In this document: piece by piece, positions 25,986-40,651 of the stretch
How positions within the stretch are numbered: position 1 is the first letter of the stretch
Layout: every line of letters starts with the position of its first letter
DNA from: Octopus sinensis
Lineage: Eukaryota
Direction: 5' to 3'
Assembly (NCBI RefSeq): GCF_006345805.1
Contig: NC_043015.1
Location: forward strand, 3,968,001-4,032,000
Length of the DNA: 64,000 nucleotides
The notes under the pieces: model-generated
What the model was told of the DNA's origin: nothing
What the model saw: the letters and a program-made list of their open reading frames with translations, nothing else
Databases searched by the model: none
Made by a program: the position numbers and the translations under genes

Positions 25986-26851
25986 TGAGAGTATGCCCAC
26001 CATTGAAGAAATGGTAACAAATAAAATATATTGAAACTTGACAAAGTATCACATCAGAGGGAATGAAATTGTAAGTGCATTTTTCAATGATGTTCCTGTC
26101 AGAAGTAAGGAGATACGTTGTCAGAGAAAACAAAAAGCGTCCATCCTCTAGGTCTAGCTCTGACCAGCAGTCACATTAAACAGTCGTGTACCATCATATC
26201 ACTTAAGAGAGTAACCGAATTGCATACCTGTCCGGTTGAATCTAGTCATGTATTAGACCTTATATCGAGGTGGGTATGTCATTTCCTAGAAGCTTTTTGT
26301 TTCATGCTTCTTTCATTTTCTACCACAGTCACTTTTACCGGATATACGTTTAAACGGTTTTCGACACTCCTTGCAATGATTAAGTATATGTAACTCCCAT
26401 ATTTGTACAATGAGAAGTATAAAACGTGTTATTGTTTAATTAATTAAGGCGCATATATACCAGTTAGGCAGAAAACCATGGTACTAACGTAAAACAAGGC
26501 TAATTTCCATAACAGCATACGGAAGAAGGCGGATTGGTATACATTCAGGTGCGAAACCAATAATGTGTCTATCGAAACATTTCTACGCTTATACACTACT
26601 CGCTAACAATTATAACGTTCAATGTTTAAATATATTTCTTCGGATTTACTCCACTTATCCAGATAGATAGAGAGAGAGAAAGATAGATAGGGAGATAGAT
26701 TGATAGAGAGATAGATAGATAGATAGATACATACATACATACATTAATTCATATACAGGCAAACATGGGCAGACATGGTCACATATGCGATCGAATGTGT
26801 ATATATGTGCGTGCGTGTGCGTCTGTGAGTTTTTTCATCTATGTATGTGAG

Positions 26852-26886
<35 letters not shown>

Positions 26887-26932
26887 CATGTGTATATATG
26901 TAATATATATTCACTCGTGTATATAAAGAATG

Positions 26933-26966
<34 letters not shown>

Positions 26967-27054
26967 ATATATATATGCACACATACACACACGTACAAAC
27001 GCACAGACATACACACACATATATATAAGTATATGTATATGTATATATATTTGT

Positions 27055-27116
<62 letters not shown>

Positions 27117-29424
27117 GCATCTACGCATATATGTATGTATACACACACACACGCCCATATGAATAAATATAACTGCGTGTGACTCGGTTCTGCGGTTATG
27201 TACTTGCAAATCGTGCTAAATACAATAATTCTGGCAATGTCTTTCCTTTCATTGAATATATTTTTACTTACTTTTTCTTTCAAATATTTATCTACAGACT
27301 TCATATTACACGCATATACGATTTTATTTCTTTCTACTACTATCTTTATATCTCTTACATTTCCTATTTCGGTACAATTTTCTTTATTATTATTACTATT
27401 ATTATTATTATTATTGTTATTGTCCTTTTTTTATGAATCCATCAAGACGAATATTTTCATGCATTTGCTATTGCTTTAACGTTAAAAACATTACATACAA
27501 AATTCTCTTATAGTTTACATTTTTACTGAAGATAAAATTTTATACTCCATTTTGTTCATCGCACTGTAAATCTTTACATTTTCATGTCATCTATATTCTC
27601 TACGTTATTCTTATGAAATTTTGCTGCTTCATTTTGTTTAGCTTAATGCCTATTTTCTTACCCTTTTTCTAGTTCAACAACGATATGCGATATTTTCTTT
27701 CTCAAATTGTCTTTATACGTGAGGATTTTTCTTTTAAACTATAATTCCATACGACTTAATACTTGGTTAAATATATTCTCATATTCCTGTGTATATTAAG
27801 TGTAAATTGATAGGCATTATATATATCATGTTTGAGAGTGTGTGTATGTGTATGTGTGATTGTGTGTGTGTGTGCGTGTTAGTATGTTAGGGGAATGAAA
27901 CAAAAAGAGAAGACAGACACATTTTCAGAAAGGTTTTATGGATATTACATTAGAAAATTTGAATGAAATATTACTCGACGATTCGGATAAGTCGTCCATC
28001 AACAGAAAATACCAGTATGAAGATGAAAACTGAGGTGGAAATATGGAGGAAAAATGCTGAGAGTATGGTGACAAAGATGCATGTATACTCACATACACAA
28101 AAACACGCACTCACACACATACACACGCATACACACATATTATTAGTAGGATTTCTTAGAATATTTTTATGCAAACATGGGCGGCTGCGAACGTATTTTT
28201 GAACATACAGTGCACTGAAACTACTGACAGGTATATTTGTTGGTATTATAAGATAAGTGTGTATCTATACGCAGACATGCATCTGTTTAAATCCATAGAA
28301 ATATAGGTACTCAATATAATACATGGTTTCAGGTTTAGCATAAGTATAAAGAATTACACAAGTTGGGCTCAAAATTCACAACAGTATTGATACATTTCCA
28401 GACTAAAACATGGAAAAACCCCGCCAGCGTCAATTAACTTTGAAACATATCAACATGTAAGGCACAAACGGAATGTGACATTTCCCCAACAAGGGAAATT
28501 TTAAGAAAGCACAATAACATGTATACGAAAAGTGCGTGAAGGGACCGGAGTTCGAGGAATTTAAGCTTACTTATTTTCAAATTGCTTTCTTAATTAGTTC
28601 TCGATAAATCAGAACAGCTAATCCTGAGATGCTTCCATAATATTAGACATACAGTAGCATAGTTTCAATTTGTTACGTAATCCACAGAGAACCCTAAACT
28701 TACGTAGATCCTCTGACGAAATTGTGTATTTGATCTAAGGCTGTACTCGATTTAAGTATTAACAGAGAAATATTTGTTACTAAATCATACACCTCCTAAT
28801 GAGTAAATTTTCATGCCTTCCACCCATAAAGAGGATGACATTTGGCAATCCAGCATATGACTACCGAGTCGAATTGTTATGTATTATTGAGAATTTACTT
28901 GTTTATCTTATGTCGCTCCGTGCTGCGTTTCATTTTATATTACATTCTCTGTTTTGCATCTGACATCTATATTTTATATCTACATATGTCAAGTAATAAA
29001 GTGTTGTCTGTGTATATATTATTGACTACATTTATACAGGTGGTTATTATGGGCACACATAAGTGAGTGCTTAAAACATATATGTGGGCATATAGGATAT
29101 ATAAATTATACGTGGATAGATATGTATGTGTATATATACAAATTGAGATAATATATTTACTGGCGCATGTGTATACGTGTTTGTATATATACAAATGTGT
29201 GTGCGCGTGTGTATATGTAAGTGCTTGTGATAGATGTATTTAGTACGTGCATTTATACATTCGTGAAAGAACATGCATGCGAAACCAAAATGATGGAGAT
29301 GACTTAGAGGCCACACATGTAACAATAAATTTACAATTATATATCTGTGACCATATATTTTTGTGTGTATGTATGTTTCTGTGTCTGTAAACACGTATGA
29401 CTGCATATAAATATATATTTATAT

Positions 29425-29537
<113 letters not shown>

Positions 29538-29964
29538 CTGTATCAGTGAGATAAGAGTATATATAAACGCAGGTTGTTTATAAAATGTCAATCTACTTTC
29601 AAACGAATTTTGAGTAAATCCTACATATATGAAATGTATGAAAACAAAACAAATTTCGCTTTATATGTTAATCTTTAAAATGTCGATAGATCAATGTTTT
29701 AAACGGAAACACATCGAAGCTGTAAGCCCAGGTGAAGTTAGCTATTAAAGTTATTTTCAAATTCAGTAAAAAACTAAAATGTTGCATATGCAGAATTTCT
29801 AAAATTTAAACCACTGTAACTTTCGCCAAACACTCCTGCCATAGACTATTCTTCTCATCACCTAGACAATTTTACGGGTATTGTTTTGAAATCAGCAATT
29901 GCGAAGTAGCATATAAGTCGATCACATCGATCGTAGTGTTCCAATAGTATATATTTTATAGACC

Positions 29965-30352
29965 ACTAGCAGTATCGCCCGGCGTTGCTCAGGTTTGTAA
30001 GGGAAATAAGTATAAAGCATTTTTAGAGAGTTATAGCCAAAAAATAGCAAAAAAATGGAAAAAAAATGATGGTAAATTTTTTTTGAGAGTTAAAAAAGGT
30101 GGAGTTGCGTCCCTAGACGGTCTGTGATTTGGGTTTCTGATTCTCGACCCCATGTCGAATTTATCGATTTTTTCAGAACTGGGGGAACTTTTCAAAATTT
30201 TCGCTGCGTTAGTTTTGAATTATGACATTGGGCTATGTGTGTGTCAAGTTTCATCAGAATCGGTTGAAAGCCGTGGTCAGAGTGAGGGTACGAGAGAAAA
30301 CAGACACACAGAAAAAACGCACAGACAAACTGCCGTTTATATAGAGAGAGAT
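29965..30352 (+). mobile_element. Non-autonomous Helentron/DINE-like element, second subfamily
   Basis: ACTAGC terminus with CCCGGCGTTGCTCAGGTTT hairpin as at 22234; ends ACAGACAAACTGCCGTTTATATAGAGAGAGAT. Confidence 0.75.
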
Positions 30353-30521
30353 GACAGGATGAACGGCAAAGCCGACTACAAACGAATTTGCGTTCAGAAC
30401 GTAAAACAGACAAAAATACCGCTAATTCTTTCGCACGGTGTAGAGAGATTATTGTATTAGAAATCTCAGTGTTTAGGAATGAAAGCACGCGCACATTCAC
30501 CCACTCACACAATCACACGCT

Positions 30522-30552
<31 letters not shown>

Positions 30553-30989
30553 ACACACACACACACACACACCACACACACACACATGTAAACGCACATA
30601 CATACATACACACACAAGCACCCTCAAGCATACATCTGTACATACATAAATACATAGTAGTGCACACAAGGGATACACATGCACACACACACTCACAGAA
30701 CAAACATATTTTTATAAGAATTATTATATGTGTATATATAGAGAGAGATAGAGGGATATATATAGATTGATAAACGCAGTAAGATACACATAAACGCACA
30801 CATACACATGTTCACGCGCGCATATACACGCACACACACACACACAAACAAACAAACAAATGCTCGTACACCTTTATATTTTAATCTACACATGGATGGT
30901 GAATAAACTCTTCTAAACTGCGGGAAAATGAAAATAACACTGATATCTTATCCTAACAGAAATATTTACTAAAAATACTTTAACATATC

Positions 30990-31747
30990 TTCAAATACTA
31001 AAGAATAAATTTTTTCAATAAAATCATCATAGATTTTACACCGGCCTTCAGACGACTTCGGAAATCATTGCAACTCTTCTGGACGGTCTCCTTGTTTGAT
31101 TTGGTGAATGCTGCCATAACACTTGTCTTCAGTTCATCTTTGGTGTTACAAGGAGTTTTATTGGTCTCTCGCTCAGCTGTGCCCCATACATAATAATGAA
31201 GGGAGTTGCAGTCTTGGGAGTTAGGTGTCCAGATATTAGGGGTCATGGAGAGGCAGAAATGCCTGACACCCATGATTGGGTTATGTTCAGTGTGTGGCAT
31301 GGGGCAGAGTCATGATGCCTGATATAATGTCTTTTAGCAGTCCTCTTATTGCGCGGGGGAAGCACTACCTCCTCTAAGCACTTCGTGTAGGCTTCCGGAT
31401 TTATTCTGAGGCCGTTTGTGTAGATAAATGGAGGCATGATGTTGCTGTCATTAGTGGCCACAACAAATGGTGTTGACTTCATGGTTGATTGTTATCACAC
31501 TCGGTATATGTTTGACACACAAATACTCTGAAATATTCGTATTGGGTCTTCCGGCTCGAATGCCAAAGAGTAAGGCAAGTACGTTCGAACATTACTGGCA
31601 AAGTAAATTGCGTCATCGTCCTGGTATTCTCACAGACGGTGACCAACTGACCCTACTATACTCTGTATTAGTTAAAATCATAATCAAACAATACACATTC
31701 ATGTAATTGAATATCTAAAACGGCGACAGTTTACGCATCGCACACTG
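30990..31747 (-). mobile_element. Internally deleted, decayed DD37D (maT-like) Tc1/mariner element
   Basis: HDSAPCHT..TQSW / TPNIWTPNSQDCNSLHYYVWG..ERETNKTPCNTKDEL. There are 110 nt between the 2nd D and the 3rd D position (37 codons minus 1 nt). CAG..TA terminus at 31747; the left end is not resolved. Confidence 0.75.
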
Positions 31748-32449
31748 TATATACCTATACAAAAATATATAGCAGCATACACGCACGGATACACATACAC
31801 ACTCACACACAAACATAGTTATCTATCTGTGAGAATGTGTACATAAAAAGAGAGAGATAGACAGACAGAGTGTGCGTGTGTCTGTGTGTGTATGTGTTTG
31901 TATGTGATACAGGTAGATATAGCCTTGGAGAGATGCATACATATGTAGATAGATACACACATACATGCATAAGCATAACTGTGTATGTGTGCGAGCATGT
32001 GTATGTGTGCATCGGTGTGTATGTATTGTAATATATTTTTTCCATTAGAAACTTATCGGGATAAATTTTGTTGCGTGTTCTAGTTAATGAATTATGAATA
32101 TTTATTTCACTTGGAATATAAAATACACTAATCAAAAAATTAATTAAGAATTCTTTTTATTTTTTCTGTCCCCATGTTCGTTATTTAGTTTCCTTATTTA
32201 ATCTACTGCATCAATTTTAGCTCCTTCAAATGAATAAAGAAGAAGGCCCCACTTATTCAAAAGAGACTCCTGAATTCAAACAAAAATGATCGTTTCTTTT
32301 GGGTTTTTTTCTTTCTGTGAATACTAATATGGACAAACAGAAAGCACGTGAAAATTTCCAGGATATAATATTTACCTTAACAATGTTCACTGTGTTACTT
32401 AATATACACGCTAATGAATTCCAGCAGTAATAATGATAATACTCATAGA

Positions 32450-32490
<41 letters not shown>

Positions 32491-32609
32491 TGATGATGAT
32501 GATATTGATGTTAATAATAATGATAATAAAAATAATGATAATAATAATAGTATTATCAATAATAATAATAATAATAATGATAATAATAATTATTATTATT
32601 ATTATTATT

Positions 32610-33280
<671 letters not shown>

Positions 33281-34294
33281 GTGCTGATTATGATATGACG
33301 GTGATGATTACATCACTGATGTAATTTTAAGACACTGTGAATAGATCTACAGGTAGTAGTAGTAGTAGTAGTAGTAGTTGTTGTTTTTGTTGTTGTTGTA
33401 GTAATATCAGCAGCAGTTTATCACAGTGTCTTGGAAAATAATTAAAAGCGTTATTGAAAATGAATTCAATTATAATTTCGAAAATTGTATAATTGCAGCA
33501 GGCACCCCTAATGAGTTCTAACTCCACTTTTGGGTTAGTGACCTTGGAATGCGTACATACACACCCAAGAACAAATTATTATATATTCTGTGTTGAATAT
33601 TAAAAATAAGATTACCATTTTTTTCGTAAGTGCTATAATTGCTATAACTCTAATTACATTCTACCTTAAAAAAATACGTTTCTACAAAATTCTGTTAAAA
33701 TTCGCATTTGTTATTGATTTAAGCACTATTTATGTTATTTCTTTATTGGCAATAACAAAATGATTTCAACGAGCTATTTGGTTAAGCCTCAGGTATCCCA
33801 TCGAGGTATTATACCGTGGTTTGCATTCAGTTAAATCGTATCCTTTCTTACAGAACAAGAGTCATATTTCATAGTATACATTTTTAAAGATATATTAACA
33901 ATACAATTCCATTGAATGAGGCGGCACATAACAAATTCAGGACTCGAAAACATTGTTAACGTACTTTCAACTGAAATTATACGATATCCTATGAAAATGG
34001 TGAAACATTCTAACGTGTGTATTCGAATACTTTCCAACTTTTTCTTGGGGCAACTCTATAAAATAATTTTATCAGATTGACGAAAGTACAAAAATTTAAT
34101 ACGTTTTGCCTCACTATTTTTCTAATTTATCAATGGCTCTCCCCCCTCTCTCTCTCTCACACACACTCTCTCTCACACAATCACTCTCTCTCTATGTGTG
34201 TACGTATTCTTTCTAGTCATATTCACAAAAACAAATGCAAAAATATACACACGCAAGAATATATGCATAAACACGCGCGCACACACACACACAA

Positions 34295-34365
<71 letters not shown>

Positions 34366-34419
34366 CCTTGCATCTGGAAGACAGAAGATGATGGAATATA
34401 CGAGAAATAACATACGAGG

Positions 34420-34545
34420 AAGTAAGACGATTACATCGGTCGAATTTTCAGCTGGTACGTATTGAATCGACTCTAAAGAGATGAAAGGCAATGTGGACTT
34501 CGGCGAGATTTGAGCAGAGAGTGCGAAGACAAACGTTATACCGAT
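34420..34545 (-). mobile_element. Degraded SINE family A fragment
   Basis: Partial similarity (GATTACATCG..CTGGTAC..ATCGACTC..GATGAAAGGCAA) to the reverse complement of family A. Confidence 0.5.
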
Positions 34546-34654
34546 TGCGTCAGATCAGCCTCTCATAACTATAGAAAATCTTACCATATCGATTAAGATA
34601 CAGGCTTAATCCAGACTAAGCAGGATAGAAGCGGCTTCCTAATTTTTTTTTTAC

Positions 34655-34853
34655 ATGTTTCAGTCATTTGACTGCGGCCATGCTGGAGCACCGCCTTTTA
34701 GTCGAGCAAAACGATCCCGGGACTTATTCTTTGTAAGCCCAGTACTTATTCTATTTGTCTCTATTGCCGAACCGCTAAGTGACGGGGATGTAAACACACC
34801 AGCATCGGTTGTCAAGCAATGTTAGGGGGACAAACACAGACACACAAACACAT

Positions 34854-34885
<32 letters not shown>

Positions 34886-35051
34886 GCGACAGGCTTCTTT
34901 CAGTTTCCGTCTACGAAATCCACTCACAAAGCATTGGGCGGCCCGGGGCTATAGTAGAAGACACTTGCCTAAGATGCCACGCAGTGGGACTGAACCCGGA
35001 ATCATGTGGTTGGGTAGCAAGCTACTTACCAAACAGCCACACCTGCGCCTA
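34655..35051 (-). mobile_element. SINE family B, near full length
   Basis: Reverse complement aligns end to end with 20959-21382. Confidence 0.92.
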
Positions 35052-36341
35052 ATTATTAGAAAAACACGATGAAATGATGCAATACCTCATTTAGCCAACT
35101 AAAGGAATAGTAATACCTGCACTGATTCATTTTAGAAACAGCGAAGTTGCTGCTTTATCGGATCTACATAACATGTAACTAAAATGCAATTAGCAGCAAT
35201 AGAAATTTTGTGGAAACAGTACAAAAATTAATGATTTTCGACTAGACTTCAGAATTGAGAGAAATATATGTGAGCTACATACGCATGATTAAGAGATGGA
35301 GCATCATCATAAGATGGGGTAACGCATCAGCGCACATCAGTGGCTCATAATCTACGAGGTTTTAATTAATTATGTTAAAGGCTATTTTCCAAAAGAAAAA
35401 AACATAGCGATATGCAGAGGATAACATAATTATCTGCTTCGCTTCATATGTACACTCGATTGTAAAAAAAAGAGTTTTAAATATTACATGAATTTACTGA
35501 ATATGCTAGAGGATATGAAACATGCATTGACATTTATATCTTCAAAATATCTTCCATTAATATATTTTCGAGAAACGGGAACGGTTCCACATACGTACGA
35601 TCACATAATCACCTACATACAGAGAGAGAGAGTAGCACACACATATGCATGTATATATTTACATGGAATGATATATATATATATATATTATATATATATA
35701 ATATAGACAGGTGTATTATTCTATCTATGTGTAAATATGTGTACGTCTGTGAGTGTGTGTAAGTGAGTTGGGTATGTAAATGTGTCTGTGTTGTGTGTCC
35801 ATTTGATTATATATACGCACTCCATTTGCAAGCTAAAAAATATAAACGAGGTATAGTTACGCATGTTAATTATATATTAAAATCTATTACACATCGCTAC
35901 AGGTAATTATCTTACGTGTTACAATGTTGTGCATAGGAGATGTTTGTTTTCGTATTTTCACTTTCCATTTATTTTGGAGAATATTAAGATATATTCTCTC
36001 ATATAGTAAATACGAAGTCCTATTGAAACATGGCCTCACTACTTTATTAACGAACGCACAGTCACGTAATTACCCGCAGAAATATTCATTACTCACGCAT
36101 CCACATATAAGTATTCATGCAGGTATATCTATCTATCTATTTATCTATCTATATATATGAATATATATATATAAGCAAAGTCAAAAGATCGAGTTGTAGG
36201 GAGATTGTGAAATTCAAGCAATCCATGTATACAATATTTAAGGAATAGACTAGATAAAACAAACCACGCTAGATACGTTGCATAGTGGGCCGAACCACGG
36301 AAGTTAGAAAACATCCAGGGGTTTCTATGTGTATATATATA

Positions 36342-36394
<53 letters not shown>

Positions 36395-36685
36395 GATTCA
36401 ATTTAGGCGATTCGTTGATGAAGCCAACCTTAGCAAACATATTCTGTGTTTTGCTAGAAAGAGGCAGAAACTGATCAGTCCGAGGTGAAAGTTATCGGTA
36501 AACGTTTTTGATTTTCACTCTCGATAAATTCATCTCCCTTTTGTGTCCCAGTACTCGGCATCCTAATTTAGGAGCCCTTAATTGTATTACTACATGAATA
36601 ATATTTTTCTTTATGATTAATTTTTGTCTATGACTAATTCGTCTTTTGTGGGGCACCTGGTAGTACTAATTATTACTACCCTCTT

Positions 36686-36748
<63 letters not shown>

Positions 36749-37080
36749 GGGTTCAGCAAAAACAATTGCTTTGATCCATACCGAACTTTTAGAAATAGCA
36801 TCCAAAGAATGTAGCTATTCCTTCTACTATAAGAAGAATCTCCCAGAAAATCTCTACTCAAAAACAATTCAGGTAGGCATAGAGGGTAAAATAGCGAAAG
36901 TTCACCCGGCATTTGATTACTTGTCGACGCGTTAGGCTGCTATTTCTAAAAGTACTAATCTACCAAAAGAATAAGTCTTAGGATCGACTTGTTCGGCAAC
37001 ACGCATTACACGAGCATGTTCGCAGTCAAATGACGGAAGCTAGTAACATAATAAAAGAATTTATCTGTATGTGTGTGTTA

Positions 37081-37300
37081 AGGCGGCCAACTGGCAGAGA
37101 CGTTAGTACGCCGGGCGAAGTGATTCGCGGTATTTCGCCCGTCGCTACGTTCTGAGATCACATTCCGCCCAGGTCGACTTTGCCATTTTTCCTTTCGGGG
37201 TGGATAAATTAAGTACCAGTTACGCACTGGACTCGATGTAATCGACTTAATTCGTTTGTGTGTCCTTGTTTGCTCCCTCTATGTTTAGCCCCTTGTGGGT
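37081..37300 (+). mobile_element. SINE family A copy
   Basis: Aligns with 4458-4680. Confidence 0.88.
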
Positions 37301-38043
37301 GTGTGCGTGTGTGTATATATATATATACATATATATTTAGAGAAACTGAGACAGAAGAACAGAGAGAGAGTGACACACACAGAATGACTGTGAATGCTAG
37401 ATATTTCGATGTGTATACATACATATATTAATGTATGAATAAATTGTACAGTATTTACATATATTTGCTGATTTATTTAGATTTAATGCGAACACTTTTC
37501 CTCAACATAAATATACCTATACTACTTAAACTCTACGTGCGTAGGTTCAGATTTTACTTATGAATATTACGTTACGTTGACTAAAATTGTCATTTCGGTT
37601 CCAAATATAACATCCTAAAGTTAATAATTAACTGATATTTTAATCATCCATAGTACTCCTGACGATATTCTCATAGATTCCGGCAACAGTATTTGATGTT
37701 TGATAGTTTCTCTGTGTCAGCATCTCAAGCTCTAGTGAAGGAAAGCGTGACATGCAGTTTCGATTTTACTCATAGCCTCTTGGTGACTGGACTGAATTGC
37801 AGTATTTTACCAGTTCGTAAATGAAATGCATGCAGTAAGTTGGTGTACACGGTAGGTGCTGTTTCATCCAATGTTTTCGTAGCCACGTTATTGTTCACGT
37901 AAAGCAAGAATTCACAGACAAAAAATGAGAGTGCACTTTCCCTTAATTTCTTCATTGTGACATAAAACGTAAGAATCATATTAAGACGCGAACAATATAT
38001 CTGTTGATGTACAACAAACCTCTACGACTTTCAAATAGTCGTC

Positions 38044-38130
<87 letters not shown>

Positions 38131-38883
38131 TTATATATACGTAACTACATATTTATTTGACTACATATATATACAAAGAAGTGAAAGAAGAGGAAGCATA
38201 GCGAAAGTTTTGACTAACTGTCATCATGTACTCTCCTTGTTGCTAGCGAAGTGGTATATGCCGGCTGTGTGAGCAACTGGTTGTTCTAATGGGGGGAAAA
38301 CATAGGAAATCCATTAGAAAAAGTTTTAATCGATTTTCTCAGTAAGTATGGAGACATGGAAAAATACAAATCACAATTACAATCTATGCAACCGTTTCCA
38401 CATGTGTGCAATTTTTCACGCAAGCCCACCCAGCTGTTTGGCTGTGAACCTCAAGAAATGAAAGAATACAACGATCGCCCATATCCAATTAATATCATAT
38501 AAATATATATATATATATATATAATTTTTTAATATAACAGATCTTTTTAAAAATCAAACAATGTCATAAGTATTTCGTACGACATGCAGCAATTTTAAAT
38601 AACCGATTCTTTGAATATCTGCCAAAACTTTGTTTTCTAAAAGAATCCAGTACCTGCTCATAGGCATTTGAAAACATCTACTTCTTGCGTTTTGACAAAG
38701 TATCTCTCTTTGTATATGTTAGTAAACCAGATTTGTTCAAGTGGTTTATTTTCTACCAATACACTGCGTTAAGTCTATTGGTACCTATATATTGGTATTT
38801 ATATATATCCAATGCGCGTTACGCACATGGAATGAGTTTGAATTCCAAATGTATTATAGCATCCGTAGACAGAGGTGATCGAA

Positions 38884-39347
38884 GGATATTAAGCGACTAG
38901 CATCCTTCGATCACTTCTGTCCACGCCGCATCCTTCGTGTCCGATGGCATCACTTTGTCTCCAGCAATTCGGTGCGACACCAGTGCAGAATCACCTCCCT
39001 CCGACAAGTCGTCCTAACGAGACGCCTGCGTTGCCTGGGTCATGTCCTCCGTCGTCAACCAGGAGAATTCATCTACGAAGCAATTGCCCAAGATCCCCTT
39101 CAGGGTTGGCGAAATCGTCGTGGTGGACAACGAAAAACCTGGCTGATGACGGTCAAGGCTGATCTGGAACCCAACCTAGGCTCCTATATCTACGGCGTTC
39201 GCCGCTGGAATAAGGAGTGGCTGAAGATCACGCGGTCATTAGCCTCAAATCGCCGGGCCTGGTCGGCGTTTGTGAAAGATGCAGCATTGAGGATAAAGGA
39301 ATCAAGCTCAACCCAACCCGGGTGAATGCTGTAAGAAGAAGAAGAAG
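38884..39347 (+). mobile_element. 5'-truncated RTE LINE 3' end with (GAA)n tail
   Basis: DIKRLASFDHFCPRRILRVRWHHFVS..RRLRCLGHVLRR..RGGQRKTW..ASNRRAWSAFV; stop at 39325, tail at 39333-39347. Confidence 0.85.
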
Positions 39348-40587
39348 ACATATATTATAGAATATGTGTATGAAATTTGAGGAACTTTTGGAAGGTTGAT
39401 ACTTTCACTACGGTGTTTATAGAATGCTTGTAGGAACAAATTTCTGTGGCTGTGGGTGAAATTACGGTAAAAAATTGGCGTTGATTTTGAAACTATCAGA
39501 AATGTTATAGCCGATAGATATCATTTCATACGGGTTTTCGTGTTATCAAGTTCTTAGACATTATAGTAAATGTGATTTTGACTCAGTAAAATATCTATTT
39601 AGAAGATATACATATATATATACACACATATTAACATACACACACTCATACATACAATCACACACATACTTATAAATCTGCACACCTATATACAGTAGTT
39701 CACATATAAATACATATTGGTGTATTCTCAAGTGAAATTTATCCATACGTGAAATGTCGCTAATTTCCTAATACAAGACACAAATCAGAAATTTAAAATT
39801 ATAAGTTGTACATATATAAAAGTGCAATTATTCGCTATATTAACAAAGTCATTTATTATATTAACACATATGTAATTACTTCTCAAGTACCATTAATTAT
39901 GATGGAATATATACAAACGTTGATATTTACTAGCAGAAGTACATCGCAGAAGTAAAGTAAACAAGAAATATTAATTTTGAAGTTAAATCAAAACTGTCTG
40001 TATCACACTTTGTTTTTAAATATCAAAATCCACATGAAGATGATAACTCGAACTGACATATTAGTAATTAAATTGCAAATTCTCATCAAATTTCCTCAAA
40101 AGCTACAGTGCATTGGAAAAAAAAATGCATTTTGAAATGTCAACTATGATTAGAATTTAGCGATATGCTAATGTATAAGACGGTTACTGTTATATTTGAA
40201 TATTCAGCGTAAGGTTAAGAAACAACTCGATACTATAATCATTAGAACTTTCATTAAAACACACCCACATCTTATATTATAATTTAGTGATGACCTTTCA
40301 AAAAAAGAAGAAAGAAAGAAAGAAAGAAAAATACAAAGAAAAGAAAAGAATAAAAGAATGTTTGTGCACATTAATATATCATATCATATGTTGGGACTAC
40401 CGAAGTAGCGGATATGTGTTTTTAGAAATTTGCTTACAATGTTTGTTAAGCTGCATAATAGTCACCTGTGTGAAAGAATTGGTATGAATTTATATGTATG
40501 TTGTATATACAGGGAGGGAAAAATAGAATCATATTGGTGCTCGGAGGCGTAAATATATATATATATATATATACATATGCTCAGCAG

Positions 40588-40651
<64 letters not shown>

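Noticed and set aside
27928-28033. Possible terminal exon KGFMDITLENLNEILLDDSDKSSINRKYQYEDEN* after TTTTCAG
   Set aside because: Short, weak pyrimidine tract, no recognisable homology and no partner exons.
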